Source: Octopus sinensis
Lineage: Eukaryota
DNA length: 64,000 nt
NCBI RefSeq assembly: GCF_006345805.1
Contig: NC_043015.1
Coordinates: forward strand, 5,332,001-5,396,000
Reading direction: 5' to 3'
Part shown: positions 13,901 to 29,309 of the stretch, in pieces
How positions within the stretch are numbered: the stretch's first letter is position 1
Layout of the letters: every line of letters begins with the position of its first letter
The notes under the pieces: generated by a model
Told to the model about the DNA's origin: nothing
The model's database searches: none
Seen by the model: the letters and a program-made list of their open reading frames with translations, nothing else
Program-made: the position numbers and the translations under genes

Positions 13901-15144
13901 AAATATACTTTGAGGAACTTGCAACCTCATGGGCCAAATTGTGGCGTCCAAGCCGTGTGGAAACCGCCTGCTTTTTAAAGTATATGTAACATATATGAAC
14001 AAGATATGTTGCATACATCTAATTATAAAATATTTTATGTCTGAAAGTACTGTCATAACGTTATTTATTTTTATTGAACGCACATTCTTGCTAAGTTTCC
14101 GGTCAAGTGAAAAGGAAAATTTGTAAATAAATCCCTAAAAGATGCGTCCTCTAATTTGTGAATTCATTATGAAGTCCAGAATAGACTAATGTAATCATGA
14201 AGAGTCTCATTCTAAATGTAATAGCTTATTAGTAATAGAAGTATTTCTAAACGACCCGTTTGAACTTGGTGGAACTATTTCTACGTGAAATCATTTCCAA
14301 TGCTGATAACCCACACATATAACATTTATGTTTGTGTATCTGTATGTGTGTGCATGCGTTAGCGTTAGTGTGTGGCTAACTGATGTCAAGAAATGGGAAA
14401 TGAATCAGAAAAAATTGGTGATTTCCAGTAAAGCGAGATAACCCATTCTCTCAAAATGCATAACAAAATTATATGGCCCTTTCGTTTCCCATATAAAAAA
14501 AAAAAAAACGTTAGTGGCACTGAAATGGGATATTAAGATATAGTAAATATAACCTTCCAAATTAATTGAGATATAAATAAGTTTGCGCATTGTTCTACAT
14601 GACATGTTTGTTGTGAGGTATTAATCAAACGTCATAAAGAGAAATTGGAAGAAATGTAGAATTATAATTGTTTCTTAGTTCCCAGTCGTGTGACCGCTCA
14701 AGTCTTCCGAATACTTGCGTCAATATTCTCATATTCTAGCCATCAGAAAGATTACTAGGTTAACAAATTATCTTTGAAACCAATGTATATATTCATTATA
14801 TATGTTAGATCATCGTTATTTCAAAATAAATATAATTTATATTGCATCGACACAAATACAATAAAGGATATCTTACAAGTGTTCTTCGTATCGTATTTCC
14901 TGTATTATCACACTTCTGCACGCTCAGGAAATCTCTGACGCTATATTGTCATTTTCTCAGTTTGAAAAGTATCTCATTACTTCACATTTATATAAGTGAA
15001 GTGGAAAATTTCTGGTTTGAAAGGCACTTACATATGCATTCCCTTTCCTTGAAATCCTGTATTGAATTACATTTTATTGTAACTCATTTCCGCTAATATT
15101 TTCCCAGGAGATATTTCTGCAAACCTACACGTACCTTTGCTTAT

Positions 15145-15458
15145 ATAAATATATATATATATATGTGTGTGTGTGTGTATGTGTGCGTGTGTATACACAC
15201 ACACACGTATATATATACATATATATATATACATACATAATATATATATAATATAATATATATATATACATATATTATGTATATGTACATATATATATAA
15301 TATATATATATACATATATTATGTATATGTACATATATATATATAAATGTATATATATGTATGTTTATATATTATATATATATATATATCATATATATAT
15401 ATATATGGTGTGTGTGTGTGTGTGTGTATGTGTGTGTGTGTATGTACATATATATATA

Positions 15459-15500
<42 letters not shown>
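15145..15500. repeat. (TA)n/(GT)n compound microsatellite
   Basis: Read directly from the sequence. Confidence 0.95.
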
Positions 15501-16039
15501 CTATGTTATTGGTGGAAACGGAGATGTCAGCTGATGTGGAACAAAGGTATATACTTCTTGTTGAGTTCATTTCAAACATCTCGCGCTAGTATGCTTCATT
15601 CAGATTCCTGAATTCATGTGTTTCTGTGTTTACTCTAGCCTCCAGTCCATTAACCCACATGGGCCCCTGTGGGGAGACACAGTATCTATAGAAGCGTTTT
15701 GAATAGACTGTAATTGAAATGCCAAAACAGAGGAAGGATTTTTTTTACTTTACATGGATACAAGTACTTATGTGCCATTCTTGATAATCAGTCCGGTATT
15801 AGATATAATGTTCGAATCGGAGTGATTTCACCCCAGAGAATAAGGAGAAGCACTACATGTTATGCTATTCTTTAGTATTTTTACGATTCTAAATTCCCAT
15901 AAATACTAGTAGGATAAATCACGTGGATAATTCCAAGGTAGAGCAAAAGCTAGATTAGAATAAGTAACAGAAAATTTAAGTCAGAGTAGGGAAGGCATTA
16001 CGATAAAGTGTTAAATCTTAGTATATATGTGACAATAAT

Positions 16040-16210
16040 TAGGGTTCTAAGGTAGCGAGCGATCTAAGTTCAAATTCTGCGGAGGTCAACTTTGCCTTTA
16101 ATCCTTTCGGGTTCGATAAATTAAGTACCAGTTTCGTACTGGGGTCAATCTAATCAAATAGCTCACTCCCACAAAATGTCTTGCTTTGTGCCTAGGGGTA
16201 TAAAGAATAA
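16040..16210 (+). mobile_element. SINE family A, 5'-deleted
   Basis: aagttcaaattctgcggaggtcaactttgcc...gtaccagtttcgtactggggtc. Confidence 0.85.
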
Positions 16211-16725
16211 TTCGGGTCCTGTGGAGTTTAGTATGTCATTAGATTGTTGACCAAATTTTATATATATCTATATATGCGTATACATAGAAACATGTGTATG
16301 TGTGTGTGTGTATCTGTTTCTCTGTCTGTCTGTCTCTCTGTGGGTGTGAATTGTCTTTGATCATGAAATTTTGTTTCCTATTTCCTTCCATCCAGAAATC
16401 AAACGAAGGGAGTATTATTTTGAAACTGACCTGCTTTCCATTACATTTCATACTCATGCAGTACTTCGTAGGTGAAGCAAAACTATTGTTATCCGGGATC
16501 TGGTTATCTGATAGTTCGTTTTTTTTTAATTATTTTGAGCTAGTTCGAGCACCAGACATTTCGACCGCAATCTGGTTCCACACTGAGTAACACGGTTCTT
16601 GTCTCGGGCTCGCTTTTATATTCGTCGTTTAATCTTTTGTTCGGCGTCGCTCGTGATACGTGTTTTTATTTTATTTTCTGTGTGTACGTGTGTGTGTCCT
16701 GTAGGCATTACTTATGTTACACTTA

Positions 16726-16935
16726 AGGCGGCGAGCTGGCAGAATCGCCGGGCGAAATGATTAGTGGTATTTCATCAGCCGCTACGTTATGAATTCAAAT
16801 TACGCCGAGGGCGAATTTGCCTTTCATCTTTTCGGGGTCGATAAATTATGTACCAGTTGAGTACTGGGGTCGATTTCATCGACTTGCCCCTTCCTCCAAA
16901 ATTTCAGTCCTTGTGCATATAGTAGAAAGTATTAT
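16726..16935 (+). mobile_element. SINE family A, older-type tail
   Basis: aaggcggcgagctggcagaatcg...ccaaaatttcagtccttgtgcatatagtagaaag. Confidence 0.9.
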
Positions 16936-16954
16936 TTATGTTACTTGTAACAGA

Positions 16955-17330
16955 TTCATTAACACGCCGGACGAAATACTTAGCGGTATTTCGTCTGCCG
17001 CTACGTTCTGAGTTCAAATTCCGCCGAGGTCGACTTTGCCTTTCATCCTTTCGGGGTCGATTAATTGAGTACCAGTTACGCACTGGGGTTGATATAATCT
17101 ACTTAATCCGTTTGTCTCTCCTTGTTTGTCCTCTCTATGTTTAGCCCATTGTGGGCAGTAAAGAAATAGGTATGTTCTGAATTCTGGTTCCACCGAGGCC
17201 GACTTTTACTTTCAACATTTAGGGATTGATAAGTTAAGTACAAATTGAGTATGGGGTCGATTTAATCAACTAGCCCTATCACAAAATTTCAGGCCTTGTG
17301 CATATAATAGAAACGTTTATTTATTTTGCT
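16955..17330 (+). mobile_element. SINE family A dimer (young-tail copy joined to an older-tail copy)
   Basis: The first unit ends gtaaagaaatag and is followed directly by gtatgttctgaattc.. and the older tail aaaatttcaggccttgtgc. Confidence 0.85.
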
Positions 17331-17674
17331 TGTATATATTAACATGCGCACATGGATGTAGGGAGAGTTGCATGTACTTAATTATTCAATTTATGCACTT
17401 ACTGTGTAATTGGTGTGTTTTTCCAAGGTTCCTGGTTCTGGTTACGATGTCTTGCGAGTGTCCCGTTGATATATCGCACATTTAACATAGAAATTACAAC
17501 ATATTTGATAAAAAAATCTTTCCGAATTTTTAGTGCTTTTAATTTAAGAGAACATTTCCCCACAGTTGCATCGGGAAGTTTTCCTTCCATTGCACCGAAT
17601 TTATTGGATCAAGTTTGTTTTGTGGAGAGAGCGATTCTTAGTGTACGTCGATGTTGTTATTTAGCCCGGAGCCA

Positions 17675-17787
17675 TCATCGTCATCGTCGTCGTCGTCGTC
17701 GTCGTAATCGTCATCGTCATCATCATCATCATCATCATCATAATGATCGTCATCATCACTATCATCATCATCATCATCATCACCATT

Positions 17788-17823
<36 letters not shown>

Positions 17824-17976
17824 GTCATCCTTATCATCATCATCATCATCGTCATCATCATCATCATCATCATCATCATGATCGTCATCATCACCATCAT
17901 CATCATCATCATTATCATCATCATCATCATCCTTATCATCATCATCATTATCATCATTATTATTATTATTATTATT
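17675..17976. repeat. (CAT)n/(CGT)n/(TAT)n trinucleotide microsatellite
   Basis: Read directly from the sequence; it gives spurious poly-His, poly-Ile and poly-Met ORFs. Confidence 0.95.
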
Positions 17977-18656
17977 AAGAAGGCGAACTTGCTGAATTGC
18001 TAGTAATCAGGGCGAAATGCTTACTGGTATTTCGTCTGCTGCTACGTTGATTTCAAATTCCGCCAAGATCGGTTTGTCTTTCAACATTTTCGGATTTAAC
18101 AAATTAAGTTCGAGTTGATGAAACCAACTTAACACACCACTCCAATTTTAGCATTTCATGTGTTTACATTTCGAGTTCAAATACTGCCGAGGTCGAGCTT
18201 GCCTTTCATCCCTTTGAGTTTAAGGAAATAAGTACGATTGGGTCGGTGCACATTACAATGACCCTCTCTCAATATAAAAGGCCCTGTATATAGTCAAAAC
18301 AATTCTTATTACGAGTGATTTTGTTGCACTTCCATTTGTCGCTGCTGTTGGTGGTGTTTTCATGTTTTTTGTTATCTAATTGTTGCTGTTGTTGTTGCTG
18401 TTGTTGTTGCTGCTGCTGTGGTGGTGTTGGTGCTGGCGGCGGTGAAGTCGGTGGTGGTTTTGGTGCTGATTGACTGCTGAATTGACCAAAAGTATTGATC
18501 ATTTTTTACTGGTAACTCTTGATCTATTTCAAGGACAACGGTTAAAAATCATTTTTCATATGAAGGCTTTATCATTGAATCATCTAGATTGATTGTAAAT
18601 AATTCTATGTAATTACTTTTTGCTAGTTTCTACGTCATACATACGCACACACACAT

Positions 18657-18716
<60 letters not shown>

Positions 18717-18728
18717 GTGTGTGTGTGT

Positions 18729-18764
<36 letters not shown>

Positions 18765-19060
18765 CGTGTGTGCATAGAAATATTGAATAAAGTTAGTCAT
18801 CTGCTAAGCGTAACGTTATAGCCTAAAGTATACGCAAAAATAACGAAATAATATACTAAGTATAGAGTCTTTGAAGATGCAGGAAATCTGATAATAAAAT
18901 CATTTTCATCAATATCGGCTTGAAATAAGGCGGTGAGCAGGCAGAATTGTTAACGTGCCGGGTTAAATGCTTAGTGGCATTTCGTCCATCGTTACTTTGA
19001 CTCTTATGCCTTCGGGGGCGATGAGAGCCAGTTGAGCACTGGGGTCCATTTAACTGCTAA
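17976..19060 (+). mobile_element. Three further degenerate family A SINE copies (about 17976-18115, 18165-18295, 18926-19060), with CTG/TTG and TA/GT microsatellites between them
   Basis: gggcgaaatgcttactggtatttcgtctg; gagttcaaatactgccgaggtcgag; aaggcggtgagcaggcagaattgttaacg. Confidence 0.75.
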
Positions 19061-19109
19061 GTATTGTACCAAAATTTAAAACAAATGCTTAATTCAAATG
19101 TTGGCATTA

Positions 19110-19295
19110 GGCTAACAATTTCAGGGAGAAGTAAGTCGATTAAATCAAACCCTGTGTTGACATGATACTAATTTTATTGCCTCCGAAGTTAAGAGAGTCA
19201 AAGTCGATACTGGGTGGTATTTGAATTCAGAACGTAATGTCGAGATAACTGCTGCTAAGTATCTTTTCCAACGCATTGATGATTCCGCCTGCTCA
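19110..19295 (-). mobile_element. Degenerate family A SINE
   Basis: gtaagtcgattaaatc...tttgaattcagaacgtaa...gattccgcctgctc. Confidence 0.6.
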
Positions 19296-20156
19296 AACTG
19301 CGAAACATGCACATAAAAATCGCTACATTAAAATTTCAAAGCACTAACAAAGAGATGCGTTGAAAAATATAATTTTAAATGGAAGTTAAGTAAAGTTTCA
19401 ATGGATGAACTGCTGCACAGCTATAATACGTCTACAAATCCTATACTTCTCTGCCTCAACCTATCGTATACGCACAAGCATAAAATGTGAGTAATCTCTA
19501 CCTTGCCAAAACATAGGTGCAATTCTGCTGATGTGGGATTGCTTCTTCGTGTTGCTTTTTTTCGATGCAGATACCAAATACAGCTTCATTTGGAGAGTGA
19601 GCATCTGGTAGGATGAGCAATGATTTTGAATTTGAGTACAGAGCAAAACAACTCAGTGCGTTTTAATTCCTTGTGATTATATTAAATGCAGTTACATATA
19701 TGTATCCATGACGATATAAAGAAACTGTACGTTGTGAAATTCGTGGGGGAATGTGTGGCAAATGATCAGCAACATCATTTTCTTTGGCAAAATACAGTTC
19801 AGTAAGGGAGCTATAGATATAGAAGTTCACCAATCTGAAGATGGCAACGAAATATTCTTGGAGATGTATCATGTACGTTCATGTTTGTTATTTAGCCCGG
19901 TGCGATCATCATTATTAGTAATCATATTTTGTCTTTTGGCAAATTGCTCATTTTGCATTTATGCAGTTTGATTGTCAATCGATATTCAATCTGGTTCTCT
20001 ATAATGTTCCAGCTTTCATGTTAGTTGATTTTAATATGATGAACTTATAGAATTGTTAGCTTGCTCACCAAATGCTTTGTGGCATTTATTTCAGCTTTAC
20101 ATCCTTAGTTTCAGTTTTACATCCTATAACCTGTGTTAATTCCGTAACCCCTTAAA

Positions 20157-20541
20157 ATGGAAGATAAGAAAGTTCGTTTTTGGCACTTGATGCTTTGGGA
20201 ACCAGACAAAAATTGCTGCAGCTGGGCTGAGATATTTTACCTCACCCTTCAATATTCACCAGATATTGCTCTTTCGGATTTCTACTCATTAAGGTCTCTG
20301 CAGAATAGCCTTAATGGTGAGAAATTTCAATTCCTTCGATGACATAAAAAAGATACATTGATGAATTCTTTGCCATGAAACCACTTCAATTCTGGTAAGA
20401 GGTTATTTTCAAGTTAATGGAAAGATGGAGACGCATTGTGCAACAAAATGGTTCATATTTGGTTGATTCAAAAAGTAATAGTATTTATTGACCTTTTCCT
20501 TTCCTTTAAAACTTGGCACGAACTTTTCGGACAACCCAATA
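20157..20541 (+). mobile_element. Internally deleted mariner transposon (N- and C-terminal transposase remnants plus 3' TIR)
   Basis: MEDKKVRFWHLML, then LQYSPDIALSDFYSLRSLQNSLNGEKF and ERWRRIVQQNGSY; 3' TIR ggcacgaacttttcggacaacccaata. Confidence 0.85.
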
Positions 20542-20660
20542 TTTTATCAGTCCCGAAAATTGAAAACCAAAGTTGATCTCGGCGAACATTGAACTCCATT
20601 AAGACGGAATTAATGCTGCTATGCATTTTCTCCGGCGTGCAAACGATTCCTCCATCTCAC
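20542..20660 (-). mobile_element. Family A SINE fragment
   Basis: cccgaaaattgaaaaccaaagttgatctcggcg..gcattttctccggcgtgcaaacgattc. Confidence 0.65.
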
Positions 20661-23600
20661 TGATTTAAGAATAAGCAAAGTAATAACTACAATAATACAC
20701 TTCCGATAAAAACCCATTGCTCTTATGCTGTTTCCCATCTTAATACTTTTCCTTCTCCACAACCCCGTCATCGTCATCGTTGGCATCATCCTCTTCGGCG
20801 TCGTCGTTGTCGTCATTGTAACCGCTGCCACCATCGCTTACATCATTGTCATTATCATTACTCTCGTTATCTCCATCGTAATCATCGTTTACTTCATAAG
20901 AATTATCTTTATCAATATCATCATTAACTTTTATCTCTAAGATCTCAAAATAATTAAAGAATCAGAAATAACACACATAAAAATATTAAAATAAATATGC
21001 GAAATTATATTAGTTTGCGGTTAATATATTTCCCGAACCTCCAAATTTATATGAGAAAACAGACCACTAGAAATTGTCAGAATGTAAATTATGAAATTGA
21101 AGAAATTTAAGAAACATAATACGAACACAAACTAAACAAAGATTGAATGTTATTTTACAGCTGTTTTGGATAGGACTTGTGTGGGTTTTAAATCCGATGT
21201 GATTAATGTAATTCCGCTTGAAGTATGTTAGTAGTTACCATGTTGACTTTGAATAACTATAAAGAAATTTTCAGCATAGACACATCTGAACAGCATCTGT
21301 TTCCCATAGTATCTAGATAATTGAGAATGGATCAAAGTTTTCATTATGAAATAATTTTATAATATATTTACCAAATGTAAGAGGCATTTAATTTTGTAAT
21401 AAACTTTGGCAATCAAAGGAATATTATGAAAGGCATTATATTATACAACGAAGATATGTGAATATTGTTTTATTATCAGAAGCTATGTGAATGCTGTTTT
21501 TCAGCAGAATCTTTATAGTTTACAAAAGGTGTAAACACACATGCAAAGAAGCCATTAATTGTTGTAAGCAAACGAAAACTTTGCTGAAGAACATCTCATC
21601 TGATAAATTAATACTATTAATGTTTACACATATTTATACCCAATACTTCTACGATGAAAATAGACATGCTAGAAATAGCAGCTAAATTTCAAATATCTCA
21701 CAATAATTGCAAAAATTATGGAAAATTTAATTGCATAATCTATCCTACCTGCATGTTTAATATACAAATTGTTGAGGCTTAAATTCTTTTTGTCAGTAGA
21801 TATCCTGGAAATGTGTTTCGTTGGTCAAATCATGAAATGTGTATACTCGTAAAAAAATATTTCCATGATGTAATGCAGCACATATTTGTAATATTGGATA
21901 AAGCTTCAGGAATACTCAGCACGGGTTTGCTTTCCTGTAATTCATGCAGAATAACTAGGAAGATCTAAAAAGTTCGTTTATATTTTAGGTGAAAATAATC
22001 TAATTTCAAGGCTATGTATCACATCTGAGATCAGTGATGTTTCTTTAACCAATGTTATTCATGGACAATTAACAGCCAGCATTTACAAGAATGGCAGAAT
22101 AGAGGTTGGGTGACTGTTAGAGGTTCATCATTCTGAGAAGAGGGGGAAATATTTGTGTTTTGTATGGAATTCGAAGGGACAAGGGACGAGAACAGAAGGG
22201 GCGAGGGTTAGAGATGCTTGAGTAAAGTGTTCATAAATGAACAAACCTTATTAATATCCGAAAATAAAGGAACATACAAAAGCTACCAAACGCAGAGGCA
22301 AGCATACCATACATATTTGTAAGATACTTTAATGGTACACACACGCGAGCACACGCACACACATACAAAAGCACGTTCAGCACGCGCAGACAAACATACA
22401 CATATACACAAACATAAGCACACACACACATGTACAGTATGTTCACAAATTATCTTTACAATTTCCACAGTTTATTGTATCTACGACAGTTGCGATCCAT
22501 CAATCATTTTACGTGCAACCATTTGAGCTGACATGGAAGTGTATTGATACTTTTAATGAAACATTGATTATGTTTTCCTATAAAGGTGGTTTACACTTGC
22601 AAAAGTTTTCTGAATTTTTGAAATTCTAAAAGTACACTTGGTATATATAAACTTATATATTTGCAAGAACGTTATGTATGTATGTGCCTGTCGTCCGTCT
22701 GTAGAGTTTTACTGTTGCTTTTCTTTCTTGTCGACGTGTATGTATGGAAGTAGGAGTTATCTTTAACACAATAGTTATAGTTGGACATTCTCAATATCAG
22801 TTGTAGCGCACAGACTATGAAGTTACCGCCAACATTTTCCAGCACGTCACATTCTAGATTCTTAAGAATTCTGTGACACTGCACCAATTATGCGTGAGGA
22901 TAGAAATGAATTTCAAATCTTCAGGAAATAACCTGTAGCATTTTATATTGACCCATTCCTGTTTCCATTCATAGTTATACTGCTTGCAACTCAATACTTA
23001 AGTGCGGAAATATTCCGACAAAGGAAACAGCACAAACTTTTATTTAATTTCCATTTTAAGAAACAAGACAGCCACCTCTCATTATTTATAGAATATCATT
23101 TTAATTTCGGTGCAATTCGTTCTAGGTACCACTGAATATTTGCTCAGATTCTTTCACTCTAATCATTTAAAACAGACTGTGTACTATATATGCTTAATGT
23201 ATATGCTATAATTTAATATGCATGCTATAATTTAATGTATAGTTCTACATACAAGAATCAGAATTATGAAGCACTGTATCACTCACCATCTGGATTAGGG
23301 TCTCGATATACTTGTCACTAATATTGTAGTTATCGACATTCTCCCTTTCATCTCCATGTCACCGTTCGTATATAATTTATAATTTAGTCCATTATGTCGA
23401 CTTCAAAACGCCTGTTCAAAAAGTTGACCCTGACGGTAGTCAAAATAAATCACTCTTATAACCAACCAACCAATGCGTTATGAAATACAACTTTGTATAC
23501 AATAGACGTCATTAAGGGATCTGGCTAATCATGTCACTACAGGTAGTTTATAGATAAAGGAATTCTGCTGATTATTGCAAACATTCTCGCGTAGCATATT

Positions 23601-24707
23601 CAAAGAAGCCAATAAGATTTCTGCAATTCAGGTGAAAGATACAAGCGCTATTATGAAAAGCTGCAAAGATATCTAAATGATCTGTATACATCAAAGAATG
23701 AACACAGAAGAATTGCATCGCATTGCATCAATAGACATACAAAATTTGTTAGAGAGATATTAGAAGGATGAGTGCTTAATACACACATAAAACAAATATA
23801 CATACCTACACGCACGTAGACACACACATAAATAAACACACTCACATACACACGCACACACACATAACAAATTAATAATGTACTATTATATATGCATTAA
23901 TAGATATCTGTATGTGTATGTGGATATCAATATATGGGTGTATGTCTATCTGAATGTGTATATGTATGTATTGATACACCTACGCGATAGGCATGGAGAC
24001 AAGTGGTGATATTGGAAGATTTTCACAGACAGATAGTCAAGCTGAGACAGATGGATATAAGTACATCTACTTTATATAAATGCAAATTATGAACAAAAAA
24101 TTCTATTTAATATAAATAAAATTTTAATACATGAAATCGTAATACAGTCGTCGATTATATAGATATATGACAGCGAGAAAGAGAGAGAGAAAGAGAGACA
24201 TACAGACAGACACAGAACTTGTCATAGGAATAGATATAAACAAACATCCATGGATACATGGAATATTAAAAAACATAAAATATACAAATATAAAGACATG
24301 CAAATTAAGAGGAGAAATTTCAACATGATAAACGTTGTCACAACACAGAAAATTGTCTGTGAACATAGATGCCACAATTATGCAAACCAACTTTCACTAC
24401 ATCATCAATAACTATGAATGCATACTCAGTGAAATATCGTTATCCAATTATTTTCTCCTTGAAATTGATAACGATATTTCTAACTCGCTTGCATTTCGTG
24501 CATACCTAATTAGATATATCGATTCATACGGAATGAAGGCATTCCAGAAAACGCGATTTGCTTTGTATATGCGTAATATTAACATGCCACAAATAGGAGA
24601 TGATGACACAAAAGTAAAAATATAGCCCGTATGGATGCTGCATGTACATATTTGATTATCACAAAATAGAAATTTCACTTTGATCTTTATGCTCATACAT
24701 TAATGTA

Positions 24708-24755
<48 letters not shown>

Positions 24756-25332
24756 ATATATTGACACACACACACATATTCACACGCACATAGAAATAGA
24801 CAAGCAGATAGATAAATATATGCATATATAAATACATATATTAATTTATACACATTTATATCCCAACGCATTTGTGTATATAATTATGTATGCATATATT
24901 AGCGTACATGGATAACAGCTTCATTTTAAAACACATATTGAAATCACGACAATTTTCTAATTTGATCTTTTCCAAAAGAATTTTGCATGCGTTTATCTTT
25001 GAAAGGATAAATTCCTCACCGTAACATTTCTCGTAATGTTTCCTAGGTTATTTCAACTTCATCCTCAGAGATAAGGTCAGCTTTGGCTTTGCTGCACCCT
25101 TTTTGATAGTCGACAACTTATATTTGTACAGATTCTCACCGTTCCACTACATTTGTTCATAGAGTGTTCGTTCTATGCTTCGTCAGATTTTTAGCTTCGG
25201 CTGTTTATACTATAAGTTGATTGCAGTGATGTGATATTACTATGGATTCGATAATCAGATTTCTATTTCTGTAGGGAATTCTATAAATATGAAATTATCT
25301 CTTGTTAATGGTTTCCTATCTAGATTTATGTT

Positions 25333-25440
<108 letters not shown>

Positions 25441-28400
25441 ATATTGATAGATATATATCGTATTATATGTATCTACACGCCCATAGCGAATTTACTGCAG
25501 CATTGTTCTGGACCAAATATCTCCTATGGAATGTTGTTATAAAAAAAAAAACATATATTGGATGCAGATGGAAGTCGAAATCGTCCTACCAGATACTAGT
25601 GAGATCGTTGGATGCGTTTCACGCTGGATATTCTTTGTTGCATATTCTCACAACTCTCCGCATTCTGTGGCAAAAAATGTCGTCACCGATATAGGAAAAC
25701 AAAGAATGAATATTCTCTGGTGTTAAATAAATAAGGGTTCCATGCAAAAGGAACAATATTAGATTAGCTATTTTTTTTTTACCATTCTTTATGTAGTTAC
25801 ACGGCAAAACAGATTTCCTGCTATATTCGTCCGAGGAAAATATATCTTACGGTTGTAATGTGTTAAAAACCGCAAAATGTATATAAGTGCGGGGATGGAT
25901 TTTTAACATGCTGTTGACTAGACGTGTACGCTACTCCCAAAACTTAAGAAAGTAGAAATTCGCATGTAGCATTTTAACCATCCGCTACTAGAAGTGTGTG
26001 TACCTGTCTATCTGTGTGTGTGTGTGTGTGTGTGCGTATGTATCAGTGTGTGCGCGAGGATATGTCATCCAATTATATTGCTGGCGAATGTTATTTATAT
26101 CAACGCAATGTATAGTTGTTACTCTTTACAGCAATCTAATCAGCATAAATTTTTGAGATATACAAGTACTTTGACACAATTATTTGAACATAAATATCTT
26201 CATCACTCGAGAGTCCCATTACTAGAGTACATGACTATAACAATATTAAAAATGAAATACCATTCCTTTTATTGAATTTAGTTTAAAACAAGCTTCCCTT
26301 TTAAGCATGCTTTCTTACTTTACCGTTTCGTTATTTCTGTTAAATATAGTTAATTTTACTTCTTTATATTTTCAAATGAAATGAGCATTAAAGAACAAAA
26401 GAATTATGTTTAATCTTTTCCTACAAAGAAGGGTTTTGGTGATAAATTGTATCGGAAATAAACGTAACCTTCGAATAATATGCAGCTACAATTAGGTATC
26501 CGCGTGAGAGCGTATCACAATCAAGAGAATCACGCCATTTGCATTATTATCATAGATTCTTGTATCGAATAAGAAATTACAAGATCGATATGAAATTTTA
26601 TTCCATATACATTTGCAATTAATTACTTTGAACAAGTAAACCTGGTTGAAATTACGTAGACACTCTGTAATGTAAATTATATTAGCTAGCAAACGTATAA
26701 ATATCAAAGCTTTACTACTATTCAGCAGATCAAGATAAATCTATTTAAATATTTAGCTAACCAGTTTTCTGAATTCAGTTCATGCTTGCAAAGAATCAGT
26801 CAGCTAGTGACTCATGTGGCTATACAACACTAAACCCGCATAAGATGTTTTCAATCCTTTTATCAATACATTAAACTTATTTCTTTTGTACTTATTTGTT
26901 TTCAGTTATAATATTTCCCTCTTTCAAGCTTTCCGCTTAGTTATAATTAGATAATTGTATTTCTCAACAAAGGATATATCATTGGTTGATCCAGTATGCA
27001 TTGAATGAAATACAACAAAAACAAAAAAAGAAGAACTATATATCCTTTTTCTCCAAGAATGAACTGAACAATTGCACCAAATTTTAATCTTTAACCTCAA
27101 AGACTCCCTGTCAGAGAATGTTACTTGATCGATGTTAAATGCCATCTACATATTCATGAGAGAAATGTTTAAAGAACTAGTGAAATAACTGTAGAGCGGC
27201 ATTAACAAATTCTATAAAACTATAGAATAAATTAACTTTAAGTAGCATTATGTTTATTTGTGGAGCTACTAATATTGTACCACAGCAGCGAGAGAATTTT
27301 GCATAATGTTTCTATCTATAGATGTTGAAATAATTATGTTTCATGAATGTGCCCTGAGTCACAATGAAAATAGATTTAATTCCTTCATAATCCAGCTGGA
27401 ATGGATAATAGAAATACGAAAATAAAATTATGATTCAATATCTCATCTCTACTGTTTGCATTGCTTTAGCTTCATCTTCTATGTTCCTCTGTCTTCTGCT
27501 TCACATGTAAATTAATAAATTTCAGGCGAATATAGATAGGTTTATTTTAAAAGCAGTAAATTCAATCGAGTGAACTAAATATAAAAGATTCATAAAATTA
27601 CGTAAAATAAATTTTCTTCGGAAAAATCTAACAAATAGCAATTTGAAATTTAAAGCATATATAAATTTCATTTCGTAATCATTATGAACGTTCCATAAAA
27701 AACTTCAAAGAACGAGCGAGAATGTTTTATGATTCATTTATTATCCTATCCTAATACCATACATGTTCATTTCTAAGGTTCTATTTCATGTAGAAATACA
27801 TAAAAAAGCACATTAAGCTCTTTCGCAGCATTATATAAAAACGTGCGTGCTATTATGTCCACAGTTATCCATTCCGACATTTAAAAAAACATGTGAATAC
27901 TATGGTTATATACGTATCAAAGGAATGAAAATTGAGTCTAGGTGGTACTACAGACATGTTTTATATATTATATTATGTGTTTTGAAATGTTCGGAGAATC
28001 AGGAAAAAAAAAAAAGGTTTAAAGAGAACGGATTATTGTTATGTTAGTGATCTTGTAAGCAACGGGTTTATAAAGGTCATTATCGCATCTAAAGGAAAAT
28101 TGTTAGATATGTGCCTCGAAAGGATTGATCAGCATGTCACCAGGTCGAACATACGTCGTTTGGGAGCGATGCATAAAAATTAATTTCAGTTTCATCCTAC
28201 CGTTTGTTATTGGAAACGTTAGCTGCAAGGAAATGTATATATTACGCTGTATTGTAAAAATAATTCTGGCCGAGATCATTAGTCACTGAACGTATTTCGG
28301 AAACAAAACAAAACCCAAGAAACGAGAGAGGTTGGTTTATCAGAAACAGGAGTAAAGTATGAGGATTCAGAGATCAATATCAGAATATGCATTAAAGAAA

Positions 28401-28769
28401 CAGTATTAGTGTAAAATACAATTCATTCAAAAATATTTCTGAAGTAAAGCATTTAAAAAGAAAAAACATGGGTGAGACATTATAAAATCTGGCCTTGAAG
28501 TTGAGCGTATTTTGCTGTAATATAGTGAGGGTTATGCCACGTGCAACTGATCAAGTAAAGGGGTCTAGATAAAAACATGACAAGTGTAAAATTTTATAAG
28601 GTTATATAAACAACCAGATGGCAATATATTTCATATCTGGGTAACCTTCGATGAGTATAATGTCGCACCTTTGGTACGAAGAGATTTTCACCCATACACA
28701 CATACGCGGATATATATGTGTGTGAATGGGGTGAATGGCTGTGTATGTATGTATGTTTGTGTGTATACA

Positions 28770-29309
28770 TGCATGTATATATGTGTGTTTTAGGCTGGAA
28801 AAATTACTATCGCGTTTCTGACATGATCAGTTTGAGAATACTTTATCAACATTTCGTACATCCTAATCATTTTTTCTTTCTTTTCTGATTATTTTCCCCT
28901 TTCAACTGGTTAGAATCATCTCAAAAAATATTTATATTGTGCTATATACATGATATCCAACGAAGAAGACATTGTTTCGCACGTAATGATAAGAGATAGC
29001 CCATCCTTGAAAAAGGAATAAAACTAAAAAAGTTATGCTCTATATTTGGTTAGATGGGAAAAGTGACGTCTATCACGTTATATTAAAACGAAACGAAACA
29101 ACTCATGCTGAGAAGTATTGACGTCAGTTGGAAGCATGGCGGAAATATTTGTAGAAAAGGAGCACAACATAGGTCAGTCACATGTGTTTGTTATTCTTGC
29201 ACAAATATGCAAGACCACAAGTTGAAAAAAGGTTTTGTCGGTTCAGCTCGCTCACCCGGTCGTGCTCCAACCGTCTGACATTTATCAAACTATCAAAACA
29301 TTACGAAGG

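Noticed and set aside
17415-17978. 187-aa ORF with a long poly-His tract
   Set aside because: The His run is a (CAT)n microsatellite open in several frames, and the N-terminal part has no recognisable domain.
19825-19865. CTGAAGAtggcaacGAAA, a hammerhead-like core
   Set aside because: Stem II does not pair and the stem I closing pair is a mismatch; chance match.
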